DNA of 64,000 nt from an uncultured Gemmatimonadales bacterium (lineage in GTDB: Bacteria > Gemmatimonadota > Gemmatimonadetes > Gemmatimonadales > GWC2-71-9): contig CAVUAK010000002.1 of the NCBI GenBank assembly GCA_963739455.1, positions 256,001 to 320,000 on the forward strand, written 5' to 3'. Under the pieces are notes generated by a model. That model was not told the DNA's origin and did no database searches. It was given only the letters and a program-made list of their open reading frames with translations. The position numbers and the translations under genes were made by a program. Below, piece by piece: positions 21,456 to 32,937 of the stretch (the stretch's first letter is position 1; every line of letters starts with the position of its first letter).

Positions 21456-21955
21456 TGCTGGTCGAGGCGGATGCGGAACCAGCCGCCGAACAGGACCAGC
21501 AGCACGGTGCCCGCGAGTGCCGTGGTCAGCGCCTGGAGCGGCGCGTCGATCAGGAGCGACGTGGCGAGACCCTGGTCGCCCGACCCGCTCGCGACCAGCA
21601 CGATCAGGTCGCGGAGCCAGACGGCGCCAAAGAGGAACCCGGCGTTGACCAGCACGTTGTCAGCGAAGAAAAATGCCCGCGTCAGGGCAGCGAGGTAGCC
21701 CACCATGGTGTTGGCCAGTGCCGCAGCGCCGAACCTGGCGGGGCTCAGGGCATCACTCGCGAGTCCGACGAGGAAACCGGCCAACGCACCTACGCCCGGG
21801 CCGCTGCGGAGCGCGAGGAGCACGAGGCCAATCATGACAAAGTCGGGTGCGTAGCGGCCCTCGAACAACCGTGGACGCACGTAGAACTGCAGGAAGAGCA
21901 GCAGCCCCAGGGCCACCGTGAGCTGCAACCGGTTGGCAGCACGGGCGCTGGTCAT
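21452..21955 (-). CDS. mreD: Rod shape-determining protein MreD
   Basis: Hydrophobic 167-aa protein with PDF motif, between mreC and mrdA. Confidence 0.88.
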   Translation of the reverse strand: MTSARAANRLQLTVALGLLLFLQFYVRPRLFEGRYAPDFVMIGLVLLALRSGPGVGALAGFLVGLASDALSPARFGAAALANTMVGYLAALTRAFFFADNVLVNAGFLFGAVWLRDLIVLVASGSGDQGLATSLLIDAPLQALTTALAGTVLLVLFGGWFRIRLDQQ

Positions 21956-22977
21956 CGTGCGCCGCCGGTGTCAGGAGCAGGCGACGGGGGCTGGGCCGGC
22001 GCTGGAGCGGCCCCGGCCGCCGCCAGCGAGTCGGCCCGCCGACGACGCCGGGCTCGCGCCCGGGCTGCTGAATCCATCACGGCCGGCTGGGGCGCCGCGA
22101 TCGCGGGGTTGGCCGCCACCGGCCCTGAGTCCAGCGAATCCCTGCTGGGAGCGAACGCGGCCGGAATGCGCAGTGGTGTGGCACCGTGCAGGATGAGCAC
22201 GTGTCCTGCCACACTGGGCGAGGCCAATGGCCGGAGGCGATACACCCGCTCCCAGCCCAGCTGCTCCCGCTCCACCCCCACCACGGTCCCCACCGGGACG
22301 CCGCGGGGATACACGCCGCCCAGCCCCGACGCGATGACCACCGCTCCCTCAGCCAGCGTATCGCGATAGGTGATCGCCCTGAACTCCAGGCCGGTGCGGC
22401 TGGCGTCGCCGACCGATGTCGGTCCCACGATTCCCGCCACCTGCCCATTGGCCGACACGGCGCTCACCCGGAATTCGGGGTGGGCCCAGGTCATGGCGAT
22501 GCTGGTGTGCTGGTCGACCTCGCGGATGGCGCCGATCAGGCCTTCAGGCGTCACCACCGGATCGAGTGGAGCCACGCCTTCAGCGCGCCCGGCATCGAGC
22601 AACAAGGTGCGGCCATCGGTCGGAAGAGTCTGGCGGAGGACCTCGGCGGGAATGAACCCGGAGCCGGTGCGAACGGTGAGGTTGAGGAGGCTGCGCAGCT
22701 GCTGGTTCTCGACTGCCAGACCGGAGAGGGTCCGGCTCAGCTCGGCGAGGGAATCACGCTCTGAGGCAACGGCGCGAAAGCGGGTACGGCTGGTACGGCC
22801 TTCGGCGGCGCGTTCCTGCAGCCAGACGAACGGGGCCAGCGCGGTCGTGCGCAGCCCGGCCGCCACCGCCATGCCCCAGCTCGCCGGCATGAGCAGCGCC
22901 AGGGCCGACAGGAGCATGCAACCGGCAAAGAGCCACGTGTCGCGGCGGGACTCCCAGCGTTCAGTGCCCCGCGCCAT
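21952..22977 (-). CDS. mreC: Rod shape-determining protein MreC
   Basis: TM, ENQQLRSLL coiled coil, SGLGGVYPRGVPVG. Confidence 0.92.
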   Translation of the reverse strand: MARGTERWESRRDTWLFAGCMLLSALALLMPASWGMAVAAGLRTTALAPFVWLQERAAEGRTSRTRFRAVASERDSLAELSRTLSGLAVENQQLRSLLNLTVRTGSGFIPAEVLRQTLPTDGRTLLLDAGRAEGVAPLDPVVTPEGLIGAIREVDQHTSIAMTWAHPEFRVSAVSANGQVAGIVGPTSVGDASRTGLEFRAITYRDTLAEGAVVIASGLGGVYPRGVPVGTVVGVEREQLGWERVYRLRPLASPSVAGHVLILHGATPLRIPAAFAPSRDSLDSGPVAANPAIAAPQPAVMDSAARARARRRRRADSLAAAGAAPAPAQPPSPAPDTGGAR

Positions 22978-22980
22978 GGA

Positions 22981-24012
22981 TCAGGCGGAGAGAACGCTGC
23001 GGAACTTCTCGAAGTCGTCGAGAATACGGCCGGTGCCACGAACGACGCACGTGAGCGGGTCCTCGTCCACGTGGATCGGCAGGCCGGTCTCCTGCTGCAG
23101 GAGCACGTCGAGCCCGCGAATGAGCGCGCCGCCACCCGTCATGACGATGCCGCGATCGACGATGTCGCTCGCGAGTTCGGGCGGCGTGATCTCCAGCGCG
23201 CGGCGCACGGCATCGACGATCTGCTGGATCGGCTCCTGCACCGCCTCGCGGATTTCACTTGAATGCACTCGCACCGTCTTCGGGATGCCGGACACCAGGT
23301 CGCGGCCCTTCACTTCCATCTCCCGCTCCTCACCCACTGGTGCCGCCGAGCCGATCTTGATCTTGATCATCTCCGCGGTGGGCTCGCCGACGAGCAGGTT
23401 GTAGTTCTTGCGCATGAACTGCACGATCGCCTGGTCGAGCTCGTCACCGCCGGTGCGGATCGACGTGTCGGACACGATGCCCGAGAGTGCGATGACCGCG
23501 ATCTCCGTCGTACCGCCACCGATGTCGATCACCATGTTGCCCGTTGGCGTCTCCACCGGCAGGCCCACGCCGATCGCGGCCGCCATCGGCTCCGCCACCA
23601 TCAGCACCTGCTTCGCGCCCGCGGTCTCGGCGGAATCGCGCACCGCGCGGCGCTCCACCTCGGTGATGCCCGATGGCACGCACACGATGACCTTGGGCTT
23701 CACGCGGAAGATGTGCTTGTCGATGATGGTCTTCAGGAAGTAGCGCAACATCTTCTCGGTGACGTCGAAATCGGCGATGACGCCATCCTTGAGGGGCCGC
23801 ACGGCGAGAATGCCATCGGGCGTGCGCCCGAGCATCCGCTTCGCCTCGAGGCCGATGCCCTTGATCTTGCCGGTCGCTTTCTCGATCGCGACCACCGAGG
23901 GCTCGTTGAGGACGATGCCCTCGCCCTTTACGTAAATGAGCGTATTGGCGGTGCCGAGATCCACCGCGATTTCGTTCGCGGGGAGGAAAGAACCAAAATT
24001 GAACCGTGCCAT
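22981..24012 (-). CDS. mreB: Actin-like protein MreB
   Basis: [40 protein letters not shown]. Confidence 0.98.
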   Translation of the reverse strand: MARFNFGSFLPANEIAVDLGTANTLIYVKGEGIVLNEPSVVAIEKATGKIKGIGLEAKRMLGRTPDGILAVRPLKDGVIADFDVTEKMLRYFLKTIIDKHIFRVKPKVIVCVPSGITEVERRAVRDSAETAGAKQVLMVAEPMAAAIGVGLPVETPTGNMVIDIGGGTTEIAVIALSGIVSDTSIRTGGDELDQAIVQFMRKNYNLLVGEPTAEMIKIKIGSAAPVGEEREMEVKGRDLVSGIPKTVRVHSSEIREAVQEPIQQIVDAVRRALEITPPELASDIVDRGIVMTGGGALIRGLDVLLQQETGLPIHVDEDPLTCVVRGTGRILDDFEKFRSVLSA

Positions 24013-24052
24013 TTTCACCGCCCTGGGAGCGCTTTAATACAAGTGAGATCGA

Positions 24053-24081
24053 AACTTACGGCAGGGGGTGTTCCCAATCAA
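24053..24081 (-). promoter_or_regulatory. Putative sigma70 promoter of the mre operon
   Basis: TTGATT-17 nt-TAAGTT on the minus strand upstream of mreB. Confidence 0.5.
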
Positions 24082-24099
24082 CACAGCAAGCAGTTCTCG

Positions 24100-24537
24100 T
24101 CAGTGTCCGGTGCTGCCGAAGCCCCCCTCCCCCCGGCCGGTGGCCCCCAGCTCTTCGGCCCGCCGGAAGGTCACAGCCTCCACCCGGGCGAACACCAGCT
24201 GGGCAATGCGCATGCCGCGGGTCACCCTGAAATGTTCGGCCCCCAGGTTGATCAGCGCCACCTTCAGTTCTCCCCGGTAATCACTGTCGATGGTGGCCGG
24301 GGTGTTGGGCAGCGTGACGCCGTGCTTGAGGGCCAGGCCGGAGCGCGGGCGGATCTGGCACTCGAACCCGGCCGGTATCGCGATGGCGAAGCCGGTGCGC
24401 ACCAGTTGCCGGGCCCCGGGAGGCAACTCCACGTCATCCGCGCTCGCGATGTCGTACCCCGCCGCCCCGGCGGTGGCAGCGGCAGGTTCCGGCAGCCCCT
24501 CGCCGTGGGGCAGCCGGACGATCTCGACGTCGATCAT
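24100..24537 (-). CDS. dut: dUTP diphosphatase
   Basis: [39 protein letters not shown] at 24537. Confidence 0.95.
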   Translation of the reverse strand: MIDVEIVRLPHGEGLPEPAAATAGAAGYDIASADDVELPPGARQLVRTGFAIAIPAGFECQIRPRSGLALKHGVTLPNTPATIDSDYRGELKVALINLGAEHFRVTRGMRIAQLVFARVEAVTFRRAEELGATGRGEGGFGSTGH

Positions 24538-24538
24538 C

Positions 24539-25654
24539 CTAGGCCAGCACCGACGTGACATCCACCAACGGGAGCCCGAAGGCCTCGGCAACGCCCGGGT
24601 AGACCACCTTGCCCTGCACCACGTTCAGGCCCAGCCGGAGGGCGCCATCGGCCTTGCAGGCCTCTTTCCACCCCAGGCGGGCCAGCTTCATCCCATATGG
24701 CAGGGTGGCGTTCGTCAGGGCCAGCGTCGACGTGCGCGGCACACCTCCCGGCATATTGGCCACGCCGTAGTGCAGGATGCCATCGACGAAATAGGTCGGG
24801 TTCTCGTGGGTCGTCGGCTTGATGGTCTCGACACACCCGCCCTGGTCGACCGCCACATCGACGATGACGGCGCCGGGCCGCATCAGCTTCAGGTCGGGAC
24901 GCTTCACCAGGTGCGGCGCCTTGGCACCTGGCAGGAGCACGGCCCCGATGACCAGGTCGGCGCGCTTGATCGCCTCGAGGATGTTGAAGCGGTTTGAGTA
25001 GAGCGTATCGACATTGGCCGGCAGCACGTCGTCCAGGTAGCGGAGCCGGTCGAGTGAGATGTCGAGGATGGTGACGTGGGCACCCAGGCCAGCAGCCATC
25101 TTGGCGGCGTTGATGCCCACCACACCACCACCAAGGATCACCACCGACCCTGGTGCCACGCCGGGCACGCCGCCCAGCAGCACGCCGGTGCCGCCGAACA
25201 CCTTCTCCAGGTACTTGGCACCCTGCTGTACCGCCATACGGCCCGCCACTTCCGACATTGGCGTCAGCAGCGGCAGTTCACCGGACGGCAGCTGCACCGT
25301 CTCGTACGCCACCGCAATCGCACCCGACTTGATGACCGCCTTCGTGAGCGCGTCAGCCGCCGCGAAGTGGAAGTAGGTGTAGATCAGCTGTCCCGCGCGC
25401 ATGCGGGGCCACTCGACCTCGATCGGCTCCTTCACCTTCATGATCATCTCGGCGCGCTGCCACACTTCGTCGGCCGTGGCCAGGATCTGCGCCCCAGCCG
25501 CGACGTACGTCTCGTCGGCAAACCCGCTCCCGATGCCCGCGCCCTGCTCGAGCAGCACTGTGTGACCCTGGCTGATGAGCGCCTCTGCGCCTGCGGGCGC
25601 GAGGGCGACGCGATTCTCGTTGGTCTTGATTTCCTTCGGTACGCCGATGACCAT
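24539..25654 (-). CDS. ald: Alanine dehydrogenase
   Basis: [46 protein letters not shown]. Confidence 0.96.
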   Translation of the reverse strand: MVIGVPKEIKTNENRVALAPAGAEALISQGHTVLLEQGAGIGSGFADETYVAAGAQILATADEVWQRAEMIMKVKEPIEVEWPRMRAGQLIYTYFHFAAADALTKAVIKSGAIAVAYETVQLPSGELPLLTPMSEVAGRMAVQQGAKYLEKVFGGTGVLLGGVPGVAPGSVVILGGGVVGINAAKMAAGLGAHVTILDISLDRLRYLDDVLPANVDTLYSNRFNILEAIKRADLVIGAVLLPGAKAPHLVKRPDLKLMRPGAVIVDVAVDQGGCVETIKPTTHENPTYFVDGILHYGVANMPGGVPRTSTLALTNATLPYGMKLARLGWKEACKADGALRLGLNVVQGKVVYPGVAEAFGLPLVDVTSVLA

Positions 25655-25686
25655 GGCTTTGATCCGATGCAGGTAAAGTGGTGATC

Positions 25687-25714
25687 TCACGCCTAACGCC
25701 TACCGCCCAACGCC
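25687..25714. repeat. Heptamer tandem repeat, 4 units
   Basis: TCACGCC TAACGCC TACCGCC CAACGCC at the M16/ald junction. Confidence 0.6.
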
Positions 25715-26967
25715 TATTTCGCCGGCCCCAGCCGCTGCACCGTCTGTCGCTCGGGGTCCAGGAATTCCGACGCGACCTCGGCGACCTGCGCCCCCGGCAC
25801 GGCCTCGATTTCCTGGATGATCGTGTCGAGCGTGCGATAGGGTTCGCGATGCAGCGTAAAGTTCGCGAGTCGGCTCATGCGCGCCCCCGGGCTTTCCAGC
25901 GCCAGCATCACCTGCCCCTGCATCTGGCGCTTGCCGCCCGCGAGTTCGTCGGCGTCCAGGCCGGCGCCGGCCATGCGCCGGAGTTCCTGCTGGATTGTCT
26001 CGAGCGCCGCATCGGCCGTTTCCGGCTGGGTCCCGACGTAGATCCCCAGCTGCCCCGTGCCCTGATGGAACTGGTTGTACGCGTACACGGCATACGCGAG
26101 ACCGAGTTCCTCCCGCACGCGCTGGAAAAGGCGGCTGGACATGCCACCGCCAAGCGCATTCACCAGGAGTGACACGGCGAAACGCCGGGGATCGGCGATG
26201 CTGAATGTGTCGGTGCCGAGCACCATGTGCGACTGGGTGGTATCGCGCTCGGCCCTGCTGACCCGGCCACGCTGCGCTGGATGCGGTGTGACGGCGGCGC
26301 GCGCCGGACGCGCGTCGCCAGCGAACCAGCCTTCCTTGTCCAGTGCCTCGAGCAGCACGGCGTGTTCCACGTTGCCGGCCGCTGCGATGACGCAGTTGCC
26401 CGGGAAATATGCCTCGTCGTGCAACCGGCGAAGATCGGCCGCCGTGAGCGCGCTCACGGTATCCCGGGTACCGAGAATGGAATAGCCGTACGGATGGTCG
26501 GGCCAGAGGGCGCGGGCATGCAGCTCGAACACGAGATCATCGGGCGTGTCGTCTACCCCGCTGATCTCCTCGAGGATGACCTTCCGCTCGAGATCGAGGT
26601 CGGACTGGCGCAGCAGCGGACGGCGCACCAGGTCGGTCAGCACGTCCACCGCGAGCGGGAGGTCGCGGTCGAGCACGTGCGCCTGGAAGCTCGTGGTGTC
26701 GCGCCCGGTGAATGCGTCCAGGCTGCCACCGCGCTCCTCCAGCGCCAGGGCGAGCTCGCGCGCGCCCCGGCGTTCGGTGCCCTTGAACACCATGTGTTCC
26801 AGCAGGTGGGAAATGCCCATCTGGCCGACGGGCTCATGGGCGCTGGCGGTACGCACCCAAAGCCCGACGGCCGCAGAGCGGACGCCGGGCAGGGTTTCCG
26901 ACAACACCACGAGCCCGTTCGACGCAGTAGAGCGGAAGAGCCCGGCGTCGAGCTGCTCGGTGCGCAC
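25714..26967 (-). CDS. M16 (pitrilysin) family peptidase
   Basis: HLLEHMVFKGT (HxxEH), GGGMSSRLFQRVRE; lies downstream of pnp. Confidence 0.92.
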   Translation of the reverse strand: MRTEQLDAGLFRSTASNGLVVLSETLPGVRSAAVGLWVRTASAHEPVGQMGISHLLEHMVFKGTERRGARELALALEERGGSLDAFTGRDTTSFQAHVLDRDLPLAVDVLTDLVRRPLLRQSDLDLERKVILEEISGVDDTPDDLVFELHARALWPDHPYGYSILGTRDTVSALTAADLRRLHDEAYFPGNCVIAAAGNVEHAVLLEALDKEGWFAGDARPARAAVTPHPAQRGRVSRAERDTTQSHMVLGTDTFSIADPRRFAVSLLVNALGGGMSSRLFQRVREELGLAYAVYAYNQFHQGTGQLGIYVGTQPETADAALETIQQELRRMAGAGLDADELAGGKRQMQGQVMLALESPGARMSRLANFTLHREPYRTLDTIIQEIEAVPGAQVAEVASEFLDPERQTVQRLGPAK

Positions 26968-26971
26968 GGGA

Positions 26972-29059
26972 CTACTCCTTCGGGATCAGCGCCTTCCGGG
27001 AAAGCTTCATGCGGCCCCGGTCATCGACCTCGAGCAACTTCACCTTGATGATGTCGCCCTTCTTGACCACATCCTCGGTCTTCTCCACGCGGCCATGCTG
27101 CAGCTCGCTGATGTGGAGGAGGCCCTCGACGCCCGGGATGATCTCCACGAACGCGCCGAACGGCGTGGTGCTCTTGACCGGCCCTTCGTAGATCTTGCCG
27201 ACCTCGGGCTCCGCGGTGATGGCCATGACCATCTCCTTGGCCCGGTCGCCCGCCTCGCCGCCGACGGCGGCAATGGTGACGATACCCGTGTCCTCGACCG
27301 AGATCTTGGCGCCCGTGGCTTCCTGGATGCCACGGATCGTCTTGCCCTTCGGCCCGATCAGGTCGCCGATCTTGTCCGGCTTGATCTGCAGCGTGAAGAT
27401 GCGCGGCGCGTACTTCGACAGCTCCGCGCGCGGCGTCGGCAGGACCTTCGCCATTTCCTTGAGGATGTGGAGCCGGCCCTTGCGGGCCTTCTCGAGCGCA
27501 TCCGTCATGATCTCGATGGTCAGGCCCGCGATCTTGATGTCCATCTGGATCGCCGTGATGCCCTGCTCCGTGCCGGCCACCTTGAAGTCCATGTCGCCCA
27601 GCGCGTCCTCGGACCCGAGGATGTCGGTGAGGACGGCGATCTTGTCCCCTTCCATGATCAGGCCCATCGCGACACCGGCGCAGGCCGCCTTCATCGGCAC
27701 GCCCGCATCCATCAGCGCGAGGGAGCCACCGCAGACCGACGCCATCGACGACGACCCGTTCGACTCGAGGATCTCGGACACGATCCGCAGCGTGTAGGGG
27801 AAATCGGTGTGGTCCGGCAGCAGCGCCTGCAGGGCGCGCTCGGCCAGCATGCCGTGGCCGACTTCGCGACGGCTCGTGCCCCGCATCATCTTCACTTCAC
27901 CGGTGGAGAACGGCGGGAAGTTGTAGTGCAGCATGAACGACTTCTTCGTCTCGACGGTCGAGTCGATGCTGTCGATGCGCTGCTCGTCATCAGAGGTGCC
28001 GAGCGTCACGGCCACGAGGGCCTGCGTCTCGCCACGCTGGAAAAGCGCCGAGCCGTGCACGCGCGGCAGCAGGCCGGCGTCGATGCTGATCGGGCGGATG
28101 GTGTCGGTGTCCCGGCCGTCAACCCGCTCACCCTTCGTGAGCACCTGGCTGCGCATGGTGCGGTACTCGATCTCTTCCAGTTCGGAGGAGATGTCCTTGC
28201 CCTTGTCCGGGAACTCGGCCGCCAGCTGCTCGGCGACGCCGCGACGCAGTTCCTTCACCGCGGCCGAACGACCAGCCTTGTCCTTGGCGTTGATCATCTT
28301 CGCCATCGAGGCTTCGGCAAGCGCGCGCACGCGAGCGACCACGGTCGCATCGGGCTCGGGCTTGGTCCACTTCATCTTCGGCTTCGAGGCCTTGTCCAGG
28401 ACCTTCTTCTGTACCGCGACGAGATCGCGAATGCCCTTCTGGGCAACCTTGAGTGCGTCGAGCAGTTCCTGTTCGGAAATTTCCAGCGCGCCACCCTCGA
28501 CCATGAAGATCGCGTCAGCCGAACCGCTGACCACGATGTCGATCGTCGAGAACTCGAGCTGCGGGAAGGTCGGGTTCAGGATCCACTGTCCCTCAACGCG
28601 ACCGACACGCACGGCGGCCAGCGGACCGTTCCACGGTACCGGCGACAGCGAGAGCGCGGTGGACGTGGCGAGCGCGGCGAGCACGTCGGCATCGTTTTCC
28701 TGGTCGGCCGAGAGCACCGTGACGAACACCTGGACTTCGTTCTTGAAGCCCTCGGGGAACAGCGGACGGATGCTGCGGTCGATGAGCCGGCAGGCAAGGA
28801 TTTCCTTGTCGGACGGACGACCCTCACGCTTCAGGAATCCACCCGGGATCTTGCCGGCAGCGTACGTCTTCTCGCGGTACTCGACCGTGAGCGGGAAGAA
28901 CGGCAGCGAGGAGATGTTGGGGGAGACGGTGACCGCCGCGAGCACCACGGTATCACCAAACTGCACGAGGGCTGAACCTGCTGCCTGCTTCGCGAGACGC
29001 CCGGTTTCGAGGGTCAGGGTGCGTCCTGCAAATTCCGTTTCGATCCGTTGAACAGTCAC
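26972..29059 (-). CDS. pnp: Polyribonucleotide nucleotidyltransferase
   Basis: FFPLTVEYRE, KIPGGF, RVDGR, ESNGSSSMAS, GDMDFK; KH and S1 domains. Confidence 0.98.
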   Translation of the reverse strand: MTVQRIETEFAGRTLTLETGRLAKQAAGSALVQFGDTVVLAAVTVSPNISSLPFFPLTVEYREKTYAAGKIPGGFLKREGRPSDKEILACRLIDRSIRPLFPEGFKNEVQVFVTVLSADQENDADVLAALATSTALSLSPVPWNGPLAAVRVGRVEGQWILNPTFPQLEFSTIDIVVSGSADAIFMVEGGALEISEQELLDALKVAQKGIRDLVAVQKKVLDKASKPKMKWTKPEPDATVVARVRALAEASMAKMINAKDKAGRSAAVKELRRGVAEQLAAEFPDKGKDISSELEEIEYRTMRSQVLTKGERVDGRDTDTIRPISIDAGLLPRVHGSALFQRGETQALVAVTLGTSDDEQRIDSIDSTVETKKSFMLHYNFPPFSTGEVKMMRGTSRREVGHGMLAERALQALLPDHTDFPYTLRIVSEILESNGSSSMASVCGGSLALMDAGVPMKAACAGVAMGLIMEGDKIAVLTDILGSEDALGDMDFKVAGTEQGITAIQMDIKIAGLTIEIMTDALEKARKGRLHILKEMAKVLPTPRAELSKYAPRIFTLQIKPDKIGDLIGPKGKTIRGIQEATGAKISVEDTGIVTIAAVGGEAGDRAKEMVMAITAEPEVGKIYEGPVKSTTPFGAFVEIIPGVEGLLHISELQHGRVEKTEDVVKKGDIIKVKLLEVDDRGRMKLSRKALIPKE

Positions 29060-29130
29060 TCTCTCTGCCTTCTCTCGTCTTTAATTGGTTTCTTGTCTAC
29101 GCAATGTGCCATCGGGTCTTGAAAGCGAAC

Positions 29131-29157
29131 GGGCGTCCCGTGCTGCACGGGACGCCC
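29131..29157 (-). terminator. Strong hairpin between rpsO and pnp
   Basis: GGGCGTCCCGTGC-T-GCACGGGACGCCC perfect inverted repeat. The U-tract is weak, so it could be a terminator or a processing stem. Confidence 0.55.
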
Positions 29158-29174
29158 GCCTGATGATCTCGATC

Positions 29175-29435
29175 CTAGTGACGGAGCCCCAGCTCCTCGA
29201 TCAGCGACCGATAGTTCACGACATCGGTGCGCTTGAGGTAGGTCAGGAGGCGCCGGCGATTGCCCACCATCTTGAGCAGGCCACGGCGACCGTGATGGTC
29301 CTTCGCGTGGGTCTTGAAGTGCTCGGTGAGCGAGTTGATCCGCTCCGTGAGGAGCGCAACCTGCACCTTGGTGGAACCGGTATCGGTTTCGTGGGCGCGA
29401 TGCTTGGTGACCACCGTCGTCTTGTCGAACGTCAT
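29175..29435 (-). CDS. rpsO: 30S ribosomal protein S15
   Basis: [32 protein letters not shown]. Confidence 0.97.
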   Translation of the reverse strand: MTFDKTTVVTKHRAHETDTGSTKVQVALLTERINSLTEHFKTHAKDHHGRRGLLKMVGNRRRLLTYLKRTDVVNYRSLIEELGLRH

Positions 29436-29539
29436 TGCCTGCTTTTTCCTTGGCCCCACGGGGCCGCAAACGCTTGAGTGTGTGAACTTTAGCAGCTTGG
29501 TAATTTAGCCCCCGAGGGGACCCGCCGCAACCCCGGACC

Positions 29540-30912
29540 CTAGCCGGTGATCTGCCGGACCAGCCGGGTCAGGTCGTTCCACAGGGCGAACACCATGAGG
29601 GCCCCCACGATGGCCAGCCCGGCCAGCGTAAGGCGCTCCCGGAGCTTGAGGGGCAGCGGCTTCCGCCGGATCGCCTCGCCCACCAGGAAAACGAACTGGC
29701 CCCCATCCAGCACCGGGATCGGCAGCAGGTTGAGCACCGCCAGGTTCATGGAAATGATGGCCATGAATGTCAGGAACGGCTCAACGCCCATGCGGGCGCT
29801 CTGTCCCGCCATCTGGCCAATGGCGATCGGGCCGCCCAGGGAGCTTCGCGCGACATTGCCGCTCACCAGCCCCTTGAGCATCCGCACCACGACGGTGGAG
29901 GCATTCATCGTTTCCTTCACCCCCGCCCCCATCGCGCCCAAGCACGCTGTACGGCTCACGGCGGAAGCCACCATAGACCTCGACCCCGATCTTGCCCACG
30001 ACCCTGGGCCCGGTCGAGTCGCTCACCGTCGTGGACTCCGGCACCACCGTCACCTCGGTACGACCGCCGGCGCGACCAAGGCCAAGCCGGAGGTCCTGGC
30101 CCGCCGAGCGCTCGATGACCGCCAGCAGGTCCGCCCACTGCGCGATCGGCTGCCCATTCACCGACACCACCGTGTCACCCTTTGCCACGCCTGCCTTGGC
30201 GGCCGCGCGCCCGGGAATGACGCGTCCCGCCACCGCGGGCGTGAACGGCCCGAGTGACACCGCGAGTGCCATGCGCCGCTCGACGGCATCGGCCGGCACA
30301 TCGGCGGTGACCGTCCGGCCATCGGACAGGCGTCAGCGCCACCGTATTGCCCGCGGTGTGCTGCAGCTCATCAAAGACGCTGTTCCAGGAGTCCACCGGT
30401 CGCCCGTTGACGGCGGTGATCCGGTCGCCGCGCTGCAGCGTGCGGAACGACTCCGCGCCGGCAGGAAGGCCCGCCGAATCGACCGCGCCCACGACGGTCA
30501 CTGGATTGATCGCCTTGCCGTTCTTGAGCGCCAGGCCACTGAAGATGAGCCAGGCGAAGAGCGTGTTCATGGTGACGCCGGCGAGGATCACGATCATCCG
30601 CTTCCATACCGGCTTCGCCTCGAACATCCGGTCGGGCGGCACCTCAGCCTCGGGCGTGCCGCCCTCGAGCGCCGCACTCGAGGCTTCCTCCTCCTCGCTC
30701 GCCATCTTGACGTAGCCGCCAAGCGGAAGCCAGGAGAGCGAGTACTCGGTTTCGCCGCGTCGGAAGGTCAGTCCCGGAATCGGCGAGCCGATGCCGATGG
30801 AGAAGCGGTGCACCCAGATGCCGGCCCACTTGGCCGCGGCGAAGTGGCCGAACTCGTGGACGAAGATGAGCACGCCGAGCGTGACGGCGAATGCGAGCAG
30901 TGTGACTAGCAT
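29540..30912 (-). CDS. rseP: Site-2 metalloprotease RseP (frame breaks near 30330 and 29940)
   Basis: VHEFGH, PLGGYVKM, two PDZ segments, GGPIAI, NLLPIPVLDGG, spread across three frames. Confidence 0.92.
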
Positions 30913-32055
30913 GGTTGTCCTGCCAGTGAGCGGGCGTGTTCCCGGGCCCGGCGATCCGCGGCGCGGACGGTCTCGACGTCGCGAACCGGTTCGGACACGT
31001 GCGCGTCCATGTACCGACTCGATGACGTCACTGATCCGGCCGAAGGGCAGCGCGCCGGCGAGGAATGCCGCCACGGCCTCTTCATTTGCCGCGTTGAATG
31101 CGGCCGGCGACGTCCCGCCGGCGCGCCCGGCTGCAACGCCCAGCGGAAATGCGCGAAAGACGTCAGTGCGGACTGGTTCGAATGTCAGTTGGCCTGCCGC
31201 GATCGGGTCGAAGCGCCGTGTCCCCGCGTCGGGAAGGCGATCGGGATGAGTGAGCGCGTAGAGAATCGGCAGCTCCATCGTGGGGAAGCCCACCTGCGCC
31301 ATGACGTTGCCGTCGCAGAACTCTGCGAAGGCGTGCACGATGCTCTGCGGGTGAACCACGACATCGACCTGGTCGTACGACAACCCGAACAGGAAGTGCG
31401 CCTCGATGACCTCGAGCGCCTTGTTGGCCAGCGTGGCGCTGTCCACCGTGATCTTGCTGCCCATGCGCCATGTCGGGTGATTGAGCGCCTGCTCCACCGT
31501 GGCCCCGGCCACCTGCGCCGCGTCCCAGGTGCGGAAAGGACCACCGGACGCCGTCAGGATGAGCCGCGCGAGCTTGCCGTTGTGGCCGGTGACGCACTGC
31601 AGCACGGCGCTGTGCTCGGAGTCCACCGGCACCACCTCACCCCCGCCCAGGCGCGCGGCCTCGGCCACGAGGTCCCCCGCCATGACCAGGGACTCCTTGT
31701 TGGCGAGCGCGACCCGCTTGCCCGCTCGCAGCGCGGCCAGTGTCGCATCCAGTCCAGCGGCCCCCACCAGCGCGTTGATCACGATATCGACGTCGGGATG
31801 CAGTGCCGCCTCGAGCAGCACCTCCACCCCTGAGGCGAGTCCGTTGCCGCTGGCGCCATCGACGATGCCCGCGAAGGCCGGGCGCCACGTGGCCACCTGG
31901 GCCAGCAGGCTCTCACGCTGGCGGCCTGCGGTAAGCGCCACCACGCGGAAGTGATCGCGCTGGCGATCGAGCACGCGCAGCGCGCTCTCACCGATCGAAC
32001 CGGTGGAGCCCAGCACGGCGACACCGCGCGTGCGGCCGTTCACGCCGGGACTCAT
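30906..32055 (-). CDS. dxr: 1-deoxy-D-xylulose-5-phosphate reductoisomerase (frame break near 31010)
   Basis: LGSTGSIG, LANKES, PVDSEH, TASGGPF, HPTWRMG, NAANE; the true tail is in the 30906 ORF frame. Confidence 0.94.
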
Positions 32056-32937
32056 CCGGGAATGCCGAAGAGGGTGTAGCAGAAGGCGGCGATCGGCAGC
32101 GCGAAGTACAGCGAGTCGAACCGGTCGAGCACGCCGCCGTGCCCGGGAATCAGCGTGCTCGAGTCCTTCACTCCCACCTCGCGCTTGAACAGTGACTCCG
32201 CAAGGTCGCCCAGCTGACCCAGCACCGAGATCAATGCAGCGATGACGAGCAGCGCCACCATGCCGGCACTTATCCCAACGCGCGGGAAAACGAGGTACGC
32301 GAAGATCGGGGCCACCAGCAGGCCGCCAAGCACGCCCACCGTGGAGCCTGAGCGCGTCTTCCCTGGACTGATCGTCGGCGCGAGCTTCGCCCCGCCGATG
32401 GCACGGCCACCCGACATCGCGGCGCTGTCGCACACCCAGATCACCACCATCGGGAAGAACACCAGCCAGGTGCCGGCCCATGACTGCCCGCCGAATACGC
32501 CGTGGCGGATGCTGATGAGGAACGCCGGTAGCGCGCCGGCATACAGGACACCGAACGCGGTGACCGCAACGGCCTCGAGCGGCCGCTCGGTCGGCGCGCG
32601 TCGCGCCAGCGCCCACACGAGGAGCGCCAGGACCCAGAGGGCGCCGAGGTAAGGCCACCATCCGAGCAACACCGATATGGAGGCGACACCCGCGAGTGGC
32701 CCGCGCGGGCTCGCCAGCAGCGCGAGCGGGCCGCATAGCGCGGCGCTCGCGATGCCGAAGCGCCGCGCGGCATCGATGTTGTTCTTGAGGGCGAGGTCGT
32801 AGAACTCACGGGTGCCCAAGCGCACTCACCAGCGACACGGTGATGGCGAGCGGCCAGCCCCCGAACCAGACGATGCCAAGGGCGAGCGGAATGGCGACGG
32901 CGGCGAACGCCACCCGTCGCACCATGTTGGAATCCAT
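32052..32937 (-). CDS. cdsA: Phosphatidate cytidylyltransferase (frame break near 32820)
   Basis: ISPGKT, GDLAESLFKR...KDSS..IPGHGGVLDRFDS; N-terminus MDSNMVRRVAF is in another frame. Confidence 0.92.

Noticed and set aside
30175..32736. Apparent Dxr-RseP fusion ORF (853 aa)
   Set aside because: An indel near 31010 bypasses the dxr stop. The real Dxr tail is in the frame ending at 30906, and RseP has its own ATG at 30912.
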